From: Candidatus Latescibacterota bacterium | Lineage (GTDB): Bacteria; Latescibacterota; UBA2968; GCA-2709665 | Reading direction: 5' to 3' | Length of the DNA: 64,000 bases | NCBI GenBank assembly: GCA_963667175.2 | Contig: CAXXXF010000012.1 | Location: forward strand, 64,001 to 128,000 | Part shown: one piece after another, positions 1 to 10,157 of the stretch | How positions within the stretch are numbered: position 1 is the stretch's first letter | Layout of the letters: the number at the start of each line of letters is the position of its first letter | Notes under the pieces: generated by a model | What the model was told of the DNA's origin: nothing | What the model saw: the letters and a program-made list of their open reading frames with translations, nothing else | The model's database searches: none | Position numbers and translations under genes: made by a program

Positions 1-94
1 CTTCCGAGGCCGCCAGGTCCACGACGATCCCGCCATCGGCGGCAACGGCCCCGACGTACCGGTCTCTACCAATCCCATAGGTTACGAGTTTCAT
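1..94 (-). CDS. N-terminal fragment of a probable fumarylacetoacetate hydrolase family protein (runs off window)
   Basis: Manual translation from ATG at 94: MKLVTYGIGRDRYVGAVAADGGIVVDLAASE, resembling FAH-family N-termini; purine-rich RBS upstream. Confidence 0.5.
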   Translation of the reverse strand, partial: MKLVTYGIGRDRYVGAVAADGGIVVDLAASE

Positions 95-192
95 GCTGCA
101 CCCCCTTTTTTTCCCTGTTTCAGAAACAGAAATCCGCCTGAATGGCCAGGAAGTATCCGCAGAACCCGGAAGCATGCTTCCGATCCGTCAAT

Positions 193-1056
193 TCAGTCCG
201 TGGGAAACGACAGCGGAAACGTGGGCGCATCTTTCTGGCGCCGCGTGCGCCCGGCAATCTCCATCGCGTGGTATTCCTCGATGAACTCCGCCAGATTCCC
301 GCTGGCTTCCTCGAAGACGATCCTGCCCTTCTCCGCGGTCGCCTTTTCGGCCTCGCCCATCACACCGCTGTCCGTATACTGGCTGGTCCACTCGATCAGC
401 CCCATGGCGCCCTTGGCGAACAGGTCCGTCCAGACGAACTTCGATCCCAGCTCGTTCGTCTTCGCGATTTCGCTCCTGATCCTGTCCTTTCGCACGCTTT
501 CGGGCGCGAGGTACAACATCATCGAGGTTTCCAGTTCACCCGCGTGGGCGCAACCTCCCGGGAAAACGCTCTCGCGCCATTCCTTATCGAAGTCCGGATT
601 CACCTTCAACAACTGCCACCAGGAACAGAACACGCAGCTTGCGTCCGTTTCCACGATCGTGCGCCTGGCCGCCATGTCCACGAGATTGTGGTTGGATCCG
701 TGGCCGTTCACCAGAATCATCTTCTTGAATCCATGATAGGCCAGACTCTTGCAGATATCCAGAACGTACTGGATGAAATGCTCGTAATGGATGTTCAACG
801 ACCCCGGAAAGTCCATCACGTGGTGGACGTAGCCGTAACTGACCGGGGGCAATACCAGACTCAGTTCCGGCTTCCGCTTCGCGGCCTCAGTCGCCACGGC
901 ATTGGCACAGAGGTGATCCACCTTCAGCGGCAGATGGTGACCGTGCTGTTCGACCGAGCCCGTGGGAATGATTGGGATCTTGCCCATCGCCACCGCTTCG
1001 TTTACCTCCGGCCACGTCAACTCGTCAAACCGGTAAATCTCTGTTACGGATGCCAT
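193..1056 (-). CDS. Creatininase / creatinine amidohydrolase family protein
   Basis: Motifs LTWPEV, PTGSVEQHGHHLPLKVD, NGHGSN, HAGELETS; start trimmed to MASVTEIY. Confidence 0.9.
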   Translation of the reverse strand: MASVTEIYRFDELTWPEVNEAVAMGKIPIIPTGSVEQHGHHLPLKVDHLCANAVATEAAKRKPELSLVLPPVSYGYVHHVMDFPGSLNIHYEHFIQYVLDICKSLAYHGFKKMILVNGHGSNHNLVDMAARRTIVETDASCVFCSWWQLLKVNPDFDKEWRESVFPGGCAHAGELETSMMLYLAPESVRKDRIRSEIAKTNELGSKFVWTDLFAKGAMGLIEWTSQYTDSGVMGEAEKATAEKGRIVFEEASGNLAEFIEEYHAMEIAGRTRRQKDAPTFPLSFPTD

Positions 1057-1072
1057 ACGAAGTCTCCGCCGT

Positions 1073-1840
1073 TCATCTGCCGATGATATACCCGTAGGGA
1101 TCCACCTCTTCTCTGAGGATGCGAAGTTCGTCCTCGTCCGGCGGCGCCGTTTCACGCACGTGAGGCGCCTGCAGCAACTCGAATCCGGTGTTTTCCTGAA
1201 CCCTTTCGAAGGTGACCCCGGGATGCAGACTCTCCACGCGCATTCGGCAGGTCTCGGGATCATACCCCATCACCGCCAGATCCGTGATCACCTTATGGGG
1301 TCCGCCGCCGCCCGGCAACCCTGCCACCTCCCGGGCGCCCGGGCCCGTAAGGAAACCGGGTGTGGTCAGAAAATCCAGCCGTTCCACGAACCGCCTCCGA
1401 TCGTGCTCCGTCATGACCATTGTGCGCCAGCACAGACTCGCGAAGTCGTTTCCGCCGCCGCTGCCCGGAAACCGCACGTTGGGACGCTCGTGATCCCCGA
1501 TCACCGTTGAGTTCAGATTGCCGAACGGATCGATCTGAGCCCCTCCCAGGAACGCATAGTCCATCATCCCGCGCTGGCACGCCTCCATGACGTCGCCCAT
1601 ACTGGTCGCCATCTGCGCCCGATAGAACGTCCTGGAATCCCCCACCGAAATCGGCATGGACGGCAACAGCGGCGCGAGGCCGCCTGCTTCGAACGCGACC
1701 AGCAGACGCGGGGCATGCCGTTTTTGCGCGAGCATCGCCGTGGCGCACGGAGCTCCGGTCCCCACGCCCACCGTCGCGCCGTCCTCCAGCATTCTGGATG
1801 CCGCGCAAATCGACAGTTCTGTGGCGCTGTAATCGGGCAT
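1073..1840 (-). CDS. CoA-transferase subunit B (glutaconate/3-oxoadipate CoA-transferase beta-like)
   Basis: VGTGAP, FEAG (catalytic Glu), FLGGAQIDPFGNLNST, PGSGGGND, SLHPGV. Confidence 0.9.
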   Translation of the reverse strand: MPDYSATELSICAASRMLEDGATVGVGTGAPCATAMLAQKRHAPRLLVAFEAGGLAPLLPSMPISVGDSRTFYRAQMATSMGDVMEACQRGMMDYAFLGGAQIDPFGNLNSTVIGDHERPNVRFPGSGGGNDFASLCWRTMVMTEHDRRRFVERLDFLTTPGFLTGPGAREVAGLPGGGGPHKVITDLAVMGYDPETCRMRVESLHPGVTFERVQENTGFELLQAPHVRETAPPDEDELRILREEVDPYGYIIGR

Positions 1841-1896
1841 GCCCATCTCCATACGACCGCATCGTCCGGATACGCTGTGAAATACAAGCTGACCGG

Positions 1897-2895
1897 TTAC
1901 AACCCCGGATGCAGCTCCATTTCCCGAAGTTCCTTCAGGCGTTCGGCCCCGCCACACAGCTCTACGTACTGCTCAAAACGCTCCACCCCGTAAATGTACT
2001 TCTGCAGAAAGGCTTCGAATCTGTCCTCATCCCGTTCGACCTCCAGCCATTCCTTGAGGTGGTCCTCATCCGAGAAATACGCTCCCGCCATGTTTCCCGG
2101 GTAGGAACCGAACGGCGCCTCGCAGACCGCGTCCACGCAGAACGCGGGAATCACCGTGGCCTCCGGAGTTCGTCGAATCTCATCGGTGGTGACGAGTCGC
2201 TCCGTTGTCACGACCAGCCGTTTGGAGGCGCGCGCGAGGTCGAAGTCGGCCACGGCGATCCCGCGAATCCGGCAGTTGCCGCAGGGATCGCTCTCGTGCA
2301 CGTGGATAAACGATACGTCGGGGTACAGCGCGGGCACGGCCAGGAGCCTGCGCCCGGTGAACGGACAGGCGATTTCCTTCGCCGCGCTGCGCTGGAACGT
2401 GTCCGTACCAAGCAGGCTCCGCATGGGCATAAACGGCGCCCCCGCCGCCGCCGCCCGGAAGCGCGCCGCAAGGGCAAAGTTAGACCACTCACACACGGCG
2501 ACCTCGCCGCTTTGCATCACACGCCTTGCCTGCGGCGACAGGCCCCGCGCCTCCAGTCCGACGATATAGGCAGCATCCACCCGGGACAACAGCTTGCGGC
2601 CGCTTCGATTCCCCGCTGCCAGGATTTCGAAATCGTGCGTTGTGGTGTGACCGGCAAAACCCAGATCCTGCTTGCCCTGCCGAAGGATCTCGTGCATGCA
2701 CGCCGTCGAAATCCGGTTGGCGCCGAACCCGCCCGATGCGACATAGTCCCCGTCTTTCACGAATCGCGCAACCGCGTCCCGGACGGACGTCACTTTGTCC
2801 TCGAAGGCCGCGCGTTTCTTCCGGAAGACCCGTCGCGCCGCCTCGGGATCCGGATCCGTAAACATCGGGCCCGAACCGGATGCCAGATCAGCCAT
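1897..2895 (-). CDS. CoA-transferase subunit A
   Basis: VKDGDYVASGGF, EWSN, RFRAAAAGAPF, CPFTG, PALYPDV, PFGSYP; adjacent to subunit B. Confidence 0.9.
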   Translation of the reverse strand: MADLASGSGPMFTDPDPEAARRVFRKKRAAFEDKVTSVRDAVARFVKDGDYVASGGFGANRISTACMHEILRQGKQDLGFAGHTTTHDFEILAAGNRSGRKLLSRVDAAYIVGLEARGLSPQARRVMQSGEVAVCEWSNFALAARFRAAAAGAPFMPMRSLLGTDTFQRSAAKEIACPFTGRRLLAVPALYPDVSFIHVHESDPCGNCRIRGIAVADFDLARASKRLVVTTERLVTTDEIRRTPEATVIPAFCVDAVCEAPFGSYPGNMAGAYFSDEDHLKEWLEVERDEDRFEAFLQKYIYGVERFEQYVELCGGAERLKELREMELHPGL

Positions 2896-3853
2896 GTGTC
2901 ACGCCCTCTTCCGCCTCCAGAACCTCCGTCAACTTCAGCAGGGTCCGGTCCCGCCGGCGCATGAACCGCCCCAGGTCGGCGTCGGAATATTCATAGAACC
3001 CGGCGCCGGATTTCGCGCCGAACTTCCCGGCCTCGACGAGCGCGTGCAGCGCCTCGGGCGCCTCCCGGTCCGCGCTCAAACTGGCGAACAGATAGCTGCT
3101 GATGGCTCGAAACACATCGAGTCCGCCCAGATCGGCGGTCCGCAGCGGGCCAAGAAAACTGTAGCGAAGGCCGGGGCCCGCCGTCATCGCCGTATCGATA
3201 TCCTCGGCGGTAGCCACGCCTTCCTGCAGCAGATGCAGCGCCTCCCGGACCACGGCGAACTGCAGGCGGTTCCCCACGAACCCGGGAACGTCCTTTCGCA
3301 CCATGATCGGCTTCTTGTTCAGCCCGATGGCAACCGCCTTCAGGCGTTCGGCTGTTTCTTCGGAGGTCGGGTCGGCGCGGATCACTTCCACCAGGGGAAT
3401 CAGATGCGGTGGGTTCCAGAAGTGCAACCCACCCACGTGGTCCGGACGACCGGTCGCACCCGCAATGGCGGTCACCGACAGGCCCGACGTATTGGTGGCC
3501 AGCACCGTATCCCGCGGACAGAGTCTGTCACACGCCGCAAAGACCTCCTGCTTCAACGCCAGATCTTCGGTCACCGCCTCCAGCAGAAAATCCGACCCGT
3601 CACACGCTTCGGCCAGGTCCGTTGTCGTTGTCACCCGGGCTGCCGACGCATCCGCGTCGCGGGAGCGCAGCAGGCCGGCCTCGACCAGCGCATCCTGACC
3701 CAGCCGCAGGCGCGCCATGGCCCGATCCAGCAGCGCATCGCTCAAGTCGACGAGATGGACGCGACGTCCCGTCCGGGCGAACATGCCGGCGATACCGGCG
3801 CCCATGGTTCCCGCCCCGACTACGGCGACTGCAGAAATGCCAAGCGAATCCAT
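2888..3853 (-). CDS. 3-hydroxyacyl-CoA dehydrogenase family protein
   Basis: GAGTMG Rossmann motif, EAVTEDL, TNTSGL, HFWNPPHLIPLVE, PGFVGNRL. Confidence 0.92.
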   Translation of the reverse strand: MDSLGISAVAVVGAGTMGAGIAGMFARTGRRVHLVDLSDALLDRAMARLRLGQDALVEAGLLRSRDADASAARVTTTTDLAEACDGSDFLLEAVTEDLALKQEVFAACDRLCPRDTVLATNTSGLSVTAIAGATGRPDHVGGLHFWNPPHLIPLVEVIRADPTSEETAERLKAVAIGLNKKPIMVRKDVPGFVGNRLQFAVVREALHLLQEGVATAEDIDTAMTAGPGLRYSFLGPLRTADLGGLDVFRAISSYLFASLSADREAPEALHALVEAGKFGAKSGAGFYEYSDADLGRFMRRRDRTLLKLTEVLEAEEGVTHG

Positions 3854-3924
3854 TTAACCATCCATTTCCAGCCGGGATCGACCGTTTCCTGCAATCGTTG
3901 AATCAGACCATACCCACGTCCTAA

Positions 3925-4084
3925 CAGCCCGTTGAAAAAGTCCATCCGGGTTACGTCCGGCCCTTGTGACCGAACTACGGCGTTGCGCTCCCTCCCCGAA
4001 TCCAAGGATTCGCGTCGGTCGCGCGCCTTGTCTTCGGCCACAATGCCTCGGCCTCGCCTGCGGAGCGACTTTTTCAACGGACTG
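3925..4084. mobile_element. 160-bp MITE-like element (family A) with 18-bp terminal inverted repeats and a CTAA direct repeat
   Basis: Left CAGCCCGTTGAAAAAGTC vs reverse complement of right end CAGTCCGTTGAAAAAGTC (17/18); CTAA at 3921-3924 and 4085-4088; second partial copy at 10899. Confidence 0.85.
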
Positions 4085-4840
4085 CTAAACCGCCGTCCAG
4101 CCGCCGTCTACCAGCAGCGTATGCCCCGTGATCAGGTCCGCGGCCTCGCTCGCCAGGAAAACCACAGCCCCCACGACGTCTTCGGGCCGCCCAACCCGCC
4201 CGAGCGGGATCCGCTTCAACAGATCCTCCCGGAGCGCAGGATCGTCAAAGGTGGACTGCGTGAGGGGCGTCAGGATAAACGTGGGTCCCACGGCGTTTAC
4301 GTTGATTCCGTAAGGGGCCCACTCGAGCGCCAGCACACGTGTCAGATTCACCACTCCAGCTTTGCTGGAACAATAGGCCGCGCGGCGATAGTAAGCAATC
4401 ACGCCGTTCTGTGAAGCCATATTGACGATCTTTCCGCCTCCGGCGTTCACCATCCGGCGCCCGACGCGCTGAGACATGAAGAACAGGCCCTTCAGATTCA
4501 CGTCCATCACGCCGTCCCAGTCCGCCTCGTCGACGTCCAGCGCGTTTCTGGGAATATTCACGCCGGCATTGTTCACGAGCACGTCGATCCGCCCCATCTC
4601 CTTCACGGCATGCTCAACGGCAAGTTCAATGCTCCCCACGTCCGGCAGCCGGAGGGATACGGGCAACGCCCGCCGTTTCAGACGTTCGATATCGGCGCAG
4701 ACGCTCGCCAGATCATCGGTCTTTTCCGGCAGTTCACACGGCACACAGTGCGCGCCCGCCTCGGCCGCCGCGATGGCCACGGCCCGGCCGATGCCGGAGC
4801 CCGCGCCCGTCACCATCACGATCTTGTCTTCCAGGCGCAT
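4085..4840 (-). CDS. Short-chain dehydrogenase/reductase (SDR)
   Basis: TGAGSGIG, NNAG, YCSSK, VDGG motifs. Confidence 0.93.
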   Translation of the reverse strand: MRLEDKIVMVTGAGSGIGRAVAIAAAEAGAHCVPCELPEKTDDLASVCADIERLKRRALPVSLRLPDVGSIELAVEHAVKEMGRIDVLVNNAGVNIPRNALDVDEADWDGVMDVNLKGLFFMSQRVGRRMVNAGGGKIVNMASQNGVIAYYRRAAYCSSKAGVVNLTRVLALEWAPYGINVNAVGPTFILTPLTQSTFDDPALREDLLKRIPLGRVGRPEDVVGAVVFLASEAADLITGHTLLVDGGWTAV

Positions 4841-4855
4841 GCTGGGCAACACGAT

Positions 4856-7225
4856 TCAACCGCCTCCATTGACCGGCTCCGAGTCCGCAGTCTCGTCGGA
4901 CGCCGACTTCAGCTTCCACCGGACGCGAAACTGCTCCCGGTCGACCTCTGCCTGCTCGAGTGGCACAGTCACGACCGACTGCAGATCGGCCGTAATTGCT
5001 TCACTGTCCTGCCGAAAGCGCTTCAGTTCCCCGCTTGCCTGCATCGCCGCCTGGTCGCTATAGTTGTCCGAATCGGGATCCTCACTGTTTCCGAGAGACT
5101 GAAGACTCCAGGATCGAAGCGGATTGGCGAGTTCCACCACCATCGTATAGGCCGATCCACTCTCGACACGGAACAGACCGTCATCGCCCGGGATGGACCG
5201 CGTGGTATGCAGGGCATACGTGCCCGGCGCCGAACCTCCCACCGGAAACAGGCGACCACCCCGTTCAATCACGTGCACCTCGCCCCAGGGCACGTCCAGC
5301 CGCCCGTATGTCGTCATCATGTGCTCCACGGTCATTCTCAGCCCCTCGAGGGCAAGTTCTTCCATCACCCGCACCTGGTTCAATTGTTCGGGCGGAACCC
5401 CCGAAAACAGCTCGATGAACCTGGACTTCCAGATGGAAAACAGGAGTGTCGCGCGGCTGTCGACCGACGCGCGGTTGTCCCAGCCGCGCAGCAGCTCCAC
5501 AGCGTGGGCCAGCTGCCTGTCCGGGTCGTAGATGTCCCACCACGATCGATTGTACGCCCTGAGGATGAAGCCTTTCAGTTCCTCCGCCGCGATCAGATAG
5601 GAATCTCTGGCCAGCTCCTTTAACTGGCCCAGCGTCGCCTTCCGGTTGGCCGACAGCCACGTCAGCAGACGCTGCCCGCGGTCGTCCAGCCCGCCCCAAC
5701 CCATGAAAGGCGGAAAATCCGTGGGCTTGAGACCGCTGTCGTGCGTAACGAAATTCGGCGCAACATTGCAGTTCTGCAAGAAATCCGAGGGGGGATTCAA
5801 TATTCGCGGGAGCCGTTCGTACCCCATGATACTCCGCCATTCCGTATCGGGAACCCAACCGGGAACGGGGCTTCTCCAGTCGAATGCTTCCGCTCGTACC
5901 GGGCTGCGCGCGCTGTAGACGTACAACATGCGGCCCTCGACGTCGCCGTACAGGACATGGAACATGGGCAACTGGAGCATTCGCAACGCACGTTCGAACG
6001 CTTCCGGGTCGCCTGCCCGATTGATCATATGGAACTGCCCGATGGCATTGACGACGTCCCCGGCGCTGCAGCGCGCCGCATAGGCCCGGTCATCGGCAGT
6101 CTTGTAGACCGGTCCGTGGTGCGAATAGCGCAACTCGCGTTCGACTTCACGCACTCCCCGGGGCTCCCTGACGCGAATGCGCACCCGCTGAGACGACATG
6201 CGCCTCACTTCCTTCTCGAACACGTACCGTCTACGGTTTGACGGATCGAGTTTCAGTTCATACAGATCGAACACGTCCGCGTCGTTCGCCGCCAGCGACC
6301 ACGCCATGCGGCGGTTATGTCCTGCCAGAATGACCGGGAGGCCAAACACGGTCACGCCGGCGACGTTCAGCCCTTCCCCGCTGATAAGGTGCGCCTCGTA
6401 AGGTTGAAACGGAGCGCGCCACGGGAGGTGCACGTCCATCACGAAAACCGGGTTTCCGGATGCGGTTCGCGAACCTCCCACCACCCACGTATTCGACGTG
6501 GTGCGGCGGGCGCGCAACAACGGCGCCAGGCCCTCATCCTGCAATTCGAGAATTCCCGCCCGCTCCGCAAACAACATGAACAGCCATCGGGACAGCGCCA
6601 CGACGTCCGTACCGCCCACAGGGGTTACCCAGTCGGGCAACCCCTCCCTGTAGACGTCGATATAGTGGTTTACGCCGTCGGCAAACGCACGAATCAGATC
6701 CCGTGTTTCGGCGGGCAGCGCGCCGTATCGTGCGACGGCCACGTCCCGGATCCGCCAGAGCAACGCCCGCTCGTCGCTCTCCAGATGACCGGCGCCGAGC
6801 ACTTCCGACGCCGTACCCGACGCCGCCCGGTAATTCAACAACATCGGAACCAGGTGATCCTGGGCCTGGGCATAGCCGAATCCGTATGCGACGTCGACGT
6901 CTCGAAGGCCGTAAACGTGAGGCACGCCGTAGCGATCCCTCAATATCCGCGCCCTGCCCTCAGGCGGACTGAACAGCGAATCGCCGTACTTCGCCAGGAC
7001 CGAGTCCAGCGGGACCTCGGCAAGCAGCATCGCTGCGCTATCCTGAAAGGCGGACGGAAGCGCCGTATCCGCGGCGGCTGCGGGGAACGCGCAAACCAGC
7101 GTGACGACAACGAAAATCAGAGTCCGCGACGTCGCGCACCAGGAGAGGAATACGCCGCGTGCGCGTCCTGAGCCCGATTGCGGAATCCGTCCGGGATCGC
7201 GCGAGATGATGTATCGTGATTGCAT
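4856..7225 (-). CDS. Penicillin acylase (Ntn-hydrolase S45) family protein, secreted
   Basis: RDRYGVPHVY, YGFGYAQAQD, beta-chain nucleophile SNTW, HHGPV, QNCN; signal-peptide-like N-terminus; start uncertain. Confidence 0.88.
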   Translation of the reverse strand: MQSRYIISRDPGRIPQSGSGRARGVFLSWCATSRTLIFVVVTLVCAFPAAAADTALPSAFQDSAAMLLAEVPLDSVLAKYGDSLFSPPEGRARILRDRYGVPHVYGLRDVDVAYGFGYAQAQDHLVPMLLNYRAASGTASEVLGAGHLESDERALLWRIRDVAVARYGALPAETRDLIRAFADGVNHYIDVYREGLPDWVTPVGGTDVVALSRWLFMLFAERAGILELQDEGLAPLLRARRTTSNTWVVGGSRTASGNPVFVMDVHLPWRAPFQPYEAHLISGEGLNVAGVTVFGLPVILAGHNRRMAWSLAANDADVFDLYELKLDPSNRRRYVFEKEVRRMSSQRVRIRVREPRGVREVERELRYSHHGPVYKTADDRAYAARCSAGDVVNAIGQFHMINRAGDPEAFERALRMLQLPMFHVLYGDVEGRMLYVYSARSPVRAEAFDWRSPVPGWVPDTEWRSIMGYERLPRILNPPSDFLQNCNVAPNFVTHDSGLKPTDFPPFMGWGGLDDRGQRLLTWLSANRKATLGQLKELARDSYLIAAEELKGFILRAYNRSWWDIYDPDRQLAHAVELLRGWDNRASVDSRATLLFSIWKSRFIELFSGVPPEQLNQVRVMEELALEGLRMTVEHMMTTYGRLDVPWGEVHVIERGGRLFPVGGSAPGTYALHTTRSIPGDDGLFRVESGSAYTMVVELANPLRSWSLQSLGNSEDPDSDNYSDQAAMQASGELKRFRQDSEAITADLQSVVTVPLEQAEVDREQFRVRWKLKSASDETADSEPVNGGG

Positions 7226-7322
7226 AGCTGAATATCTGGTTCGCGGAATTGACTTTCTCGACACGCGGCCCCACGGAAGCATCGAACGGCCGCCGCGTGC
7301 ACGCCGTCCCTCGATCACGGCC

Positions 7323-8942
7323 TCAGTTGCCGGGCATCCCTCGCCGCAACACGCGACCGCCTCGGTCGCCCGTCGTCTTTCCATCGGCAATTGCGGCGAC
7401 GCCATTGACGAACAGCCAGCGAACCCCTTCCGAATAGCGACAGGGATTCTGAATCGTGGCCAGATCGCGCATCCCGTCGGGATCGAACAGGACCAGATCG
7501 GCCTTTTTTCCATCCTGAAGCAGACCGCGGTCTTCAAACCCGATCCGTTCGGCCGGAAACCGGGTGAGCTTCTCCACCACACGTTCGAGAGAAAGCACGC
7601 CCCGTTCACGGACGAGCGTTCGAATCAGGTACGCCATGCCTCCATAGCAGCGGGGATGCTCCCTTTCGTCCGCAAGCGGACCCGTATTGGCCATGGCGAA
7701 CCCGTCCGATCCTACGCCGCAATGGGTCCCCCTGGCGAGACAGTCGATATCCGGGTCGGCCTTGTCTTCGCCGTAAAAGCTCACGGCGCCGTTCTCTTCG
7801 ATCAGGATATCGCAGACGGCATCGAACGGATGGACGCCGCGAAGCCGGCCGATTTCAGCAAAGCTCCTGCCCGTCAGCGAGGCGTTGACCGCGCAGTTTC
7901 CGAGCCAGAGCTTTTTCCAGAGACCACGTTGCATCAAACCCGTCTTGGTGCTCCCGCCGAGTTCCGATCCGCTTTCCCGAATCTCACGCCACATGCGCCT
8001 TCGCAGTAAAGGCGTCGACAATCGATCCGCCATCCTCCCGTTTCCGCCCTCCAGGGCCCACGGCGGCAGCAGAGATTTCAAGGACGTGGATCCCGTCGCA
8101 TAGAATTCCGTCTCCGCCGTGACGTCCTGCCCTTCCGCTCGAGCGCGGCAGATGCGTTCGAGCAGACGCGGCGCGCTGCCCGTGGCCGGCGGACAGGGCG
8201 TAATGTGCGATGCGTGAACGGGAACGCCGGCCGCCCTCCCGATCGCAATCGCCTCCTCCAGCGCTTCCATGATGGACGCGGTGTAGTTGCGCATGTGTGT
8301 GGCGTATATGCCGCCGTAGGGCGCCGTCACTGCCGCCAGCTCGATGATTTCGTCCGTCGTCGCGCTGCTGCCCGGCATATAGGTGAGCCCGGTGGAGATC
8401 CCAAGCGCGCCTTCGGCCATCTGAGCGTCGACGAGACACTTCATCTCCTCCAGTTGATCCCGTCGGGGCGGACGCGCGGATTGCCCCATGACCGTATGCC
8501 GTACCGAGCCATGTCCCACAAAAAACGCGGCGTTGATCGCCACGCCCTGCCGCTCCAACGTCTCGAAATACCCGGCCGCGGATGCCCAGCCCACGGCGAT
8601 TTCCGATCTGAGCCGAGCGGAATCCAACGGGCCGAAATAGCATCCGTTGGCCCCTGCCGGAAATGCCGATATCCCGCAGTTTCCGCAGACGTGGGTCGTC
8701 ACGCCCTGGTAGAGTGCGCTCTCACCCCGCCCGTCGATCAGCAGGCTGTAGTCCGAGTGGGTGTGGATGTCGATGAATCCGGGCGCCGCCGTCAAACCGG
8801 ACCCGTCGATTTCCACCCTGGACGGGCCCGACACGCTGCCGACGGCGGCAATCTCGCCTCCATCGATACCCACGTCGCCAACGTTGGCGGGCGCGCCCGT
8901 TCCATCGACGATACTGGCGTTGCGGATCAGGACGTCAAGCAT
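7323..8942 (-). CDS. N-acyl-D-amino-acid deacylase (D-aminoacylase) family amidohydrolase
   Basis: PGFIDIHTHSD, GNCG, STGLTY, THMRN, HPRCYG, GKKADLVLFDP. Confidence 0.92.
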   Translation of the reverse strand: MLDVLIRNASIVDGTGAPANVGDVGIDGGEIAAVGSVSGPSRVEIDGSGLTAAPGFIDIHTHSDYSLLIDGRGESALYQGVTTHVCGNCGISAFPAGANGCYFGPLDSARLRSEIAVGWASAAGYFETLERQGVAINAAFFVGHGSVRHTVMGQSARPPRRDQLEEMKCLVDAQMAEGALGISTGLTYMPGSSATTDEIIELAAVTAPYGGIYATHMRNYTASIMEALEEAIAIGRAAGVPVHASHITPCPPATGSAPRLLERICRARAEGQDVTAETEFYATGSTSLKSLLPPWALEGGNGRMADRLSTPLLRRRMWREIRESGSELGGSTKTGLMQRGLWKKLWLGNCAVNASLTGRSFAEIGRLRGVHPFDAVCDILIEENGAVSFYGEDKADPDIDCLARGTHCGVGSDGFAMANTGPLADEREHPRCYGGMAYLIRTLVRERGVLSLERVVEKLTRFPAERIGFEDRGLLQDGKKADLVLFDPDGMRDLATIQNPCRYSEGVRWLFVNGVAAIADGKTTGDRGGRVLRRGMPGN

Positions 8943-9035
8943 TGTCGGAGCATTTCCGGTATGTAATGGATCGAGGGGCAGGACGGCCTGGTATCGACGG
9001 GACAGACCGGAGCACGGCCGGGATTCGCGGAAGCG

Positions 9036-10157
9036 TCAATAGGGGTCTCCCACGCGCCACCGATGTTTCTCCACGCCTTCCACGTCCAGTTCGACACCGA
9101 GTCCGGGCCCTTCGGGCACCACCAGACAACCCGCTTCGATCTTCAGGGGTTCCACCAGAATTTCATCCCGCCATTCGATACCGGTGACGAACTCCATCGG
9201 CGCTTCGTTGGGGATCGACGCCAGCAGATGAGCCGCTGCCAGTATACCCACGGGTCCCTTCGTATTGTGAAAGGATATCGGAACATGATAGGTATCTGCG
9301 ACTGCCGCGATCTTCTTCACCTCGGTAATTCCTCCCGCGTAGATGAGGTCCGGCTGTGCGATATCGATACCGTCCAGCTCCAGAAGTTGCCGGTATTGCG
9401 TCTTGGTGTTCAGCCGTTCGCTGCCCATGATCGGTATGCTCGTCTGCGATCTCACCTTTGGGTACGCGGTCAGATCTTCAGGGGGAACCGGGTCTTCAAA
9501 GCAGTACAGGTCATAGGGTTCCAGCGCGCGCGCCAGCCGAACCGCCCCGCCAACGGTGAATCGCCCGTGGCAGTCCACCAGCAGGGCGACGTCCGGCCCG
9601 ACAGCCTCTCTCGCTGCCGAAAAATGCGCCGCCGTTTCTTCCGGCGCGCCATCGTCCAGGTAGAATTCGAACGGGCGGCCAGTATTCGAACGCGCGCCAG
9701 TCTTCAGGGCCCTATAGCCCCGGTCGGCCCAGAACCTGGCGCGCTTCGCCGATTCTTCCGGCGTGGCGCCGCTGAAGTGGGTGTAAACGCGGACCCGGTC
9801 CCGGAACCTGCCTCCCAGCAATTCCACAAGGGGCAGATTGGCCGCCTTTCCCTTCAGGTCCCACAGTGCCTGGTCGATCCCGCTCAGGGCACTCATCCAG
9901 ACCGGACCCACCATCCGCCAGATTCCGCTGAGTGAGGAAATCCGATAGATCTTGTGCCAGAGGTACTCGATTCGAGATACATCCTCGCCAACGAGTTCCT
10001 GTTTCATGTGTTCCAGCGCCGAGACCACCACGGGCTCTTTTTGCGAGTAGGTGGCCTCGCCCAGTCCCACCGGTCCCTCGTCCGTATGCACCCTTACGAT
10101 CGTCCACTTTCGCCCCGGCGAGTCGATCAGTATCGAGTCGATGTCGCGAATCTTCAT
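9036..10157 (-). CDS. Mandelate racemase/enolase superfamily, galactonate dehydratase-like
   Basis: SGIDQALWDLKGK; metal ligands in VDCH, FEDP, SERL; QPDL, GGITE, FHN, PGLGVE. Confidence 0.9.
   Translation of the reverse strand: MKIRDIDSILIDSPGRKWTIVRVHTDEGPVGLGEATYSQKEPVVVSALEHMKQELVGEDVSRIEYLWHKIYRISSLSGIWRMVGPVWMSALSGIDQALWDLKGKAANLPLVELLGGRFRDRVRVYTHFSGATPEESAKRARFWADRGYRALKTGARSNTGRPFEFYLDDGAPEETAAHFSAAREAVGPDVALLVDCHGRFTVGGAVRLARALEPYDLYCFEDPVPPEDLTAYPKVRSQTSIPIMGSERLNTKTQYRQLLELDGIDIAQPDLIYAGGITEVKKIAAVADTYHVPISFHNTKGPVGILAAAHLLASIPNEAPMEFVTGIEWRDEILVEPLKIEAGCLVVPEGPGLGVELDVEGVEKHRWRVGDPY

Noticed and set aside
3820-4414. ORFs of 85 aa (-) and 160 aa (+), both starting MKKS
   Set aside because: Both start in the MITE terminal repeats (TTGAAAAAGTC); artefacts, not transposases
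7226-7609. N-terminal extension of the penicillin acylase in the ORF track (likewise for rplD, rpsM, rpsH, bamD and creatininase)
   Set aside because: Overlaps upstream genes or lacks homology; starts were trimmed to motif- or RBS-supported codons
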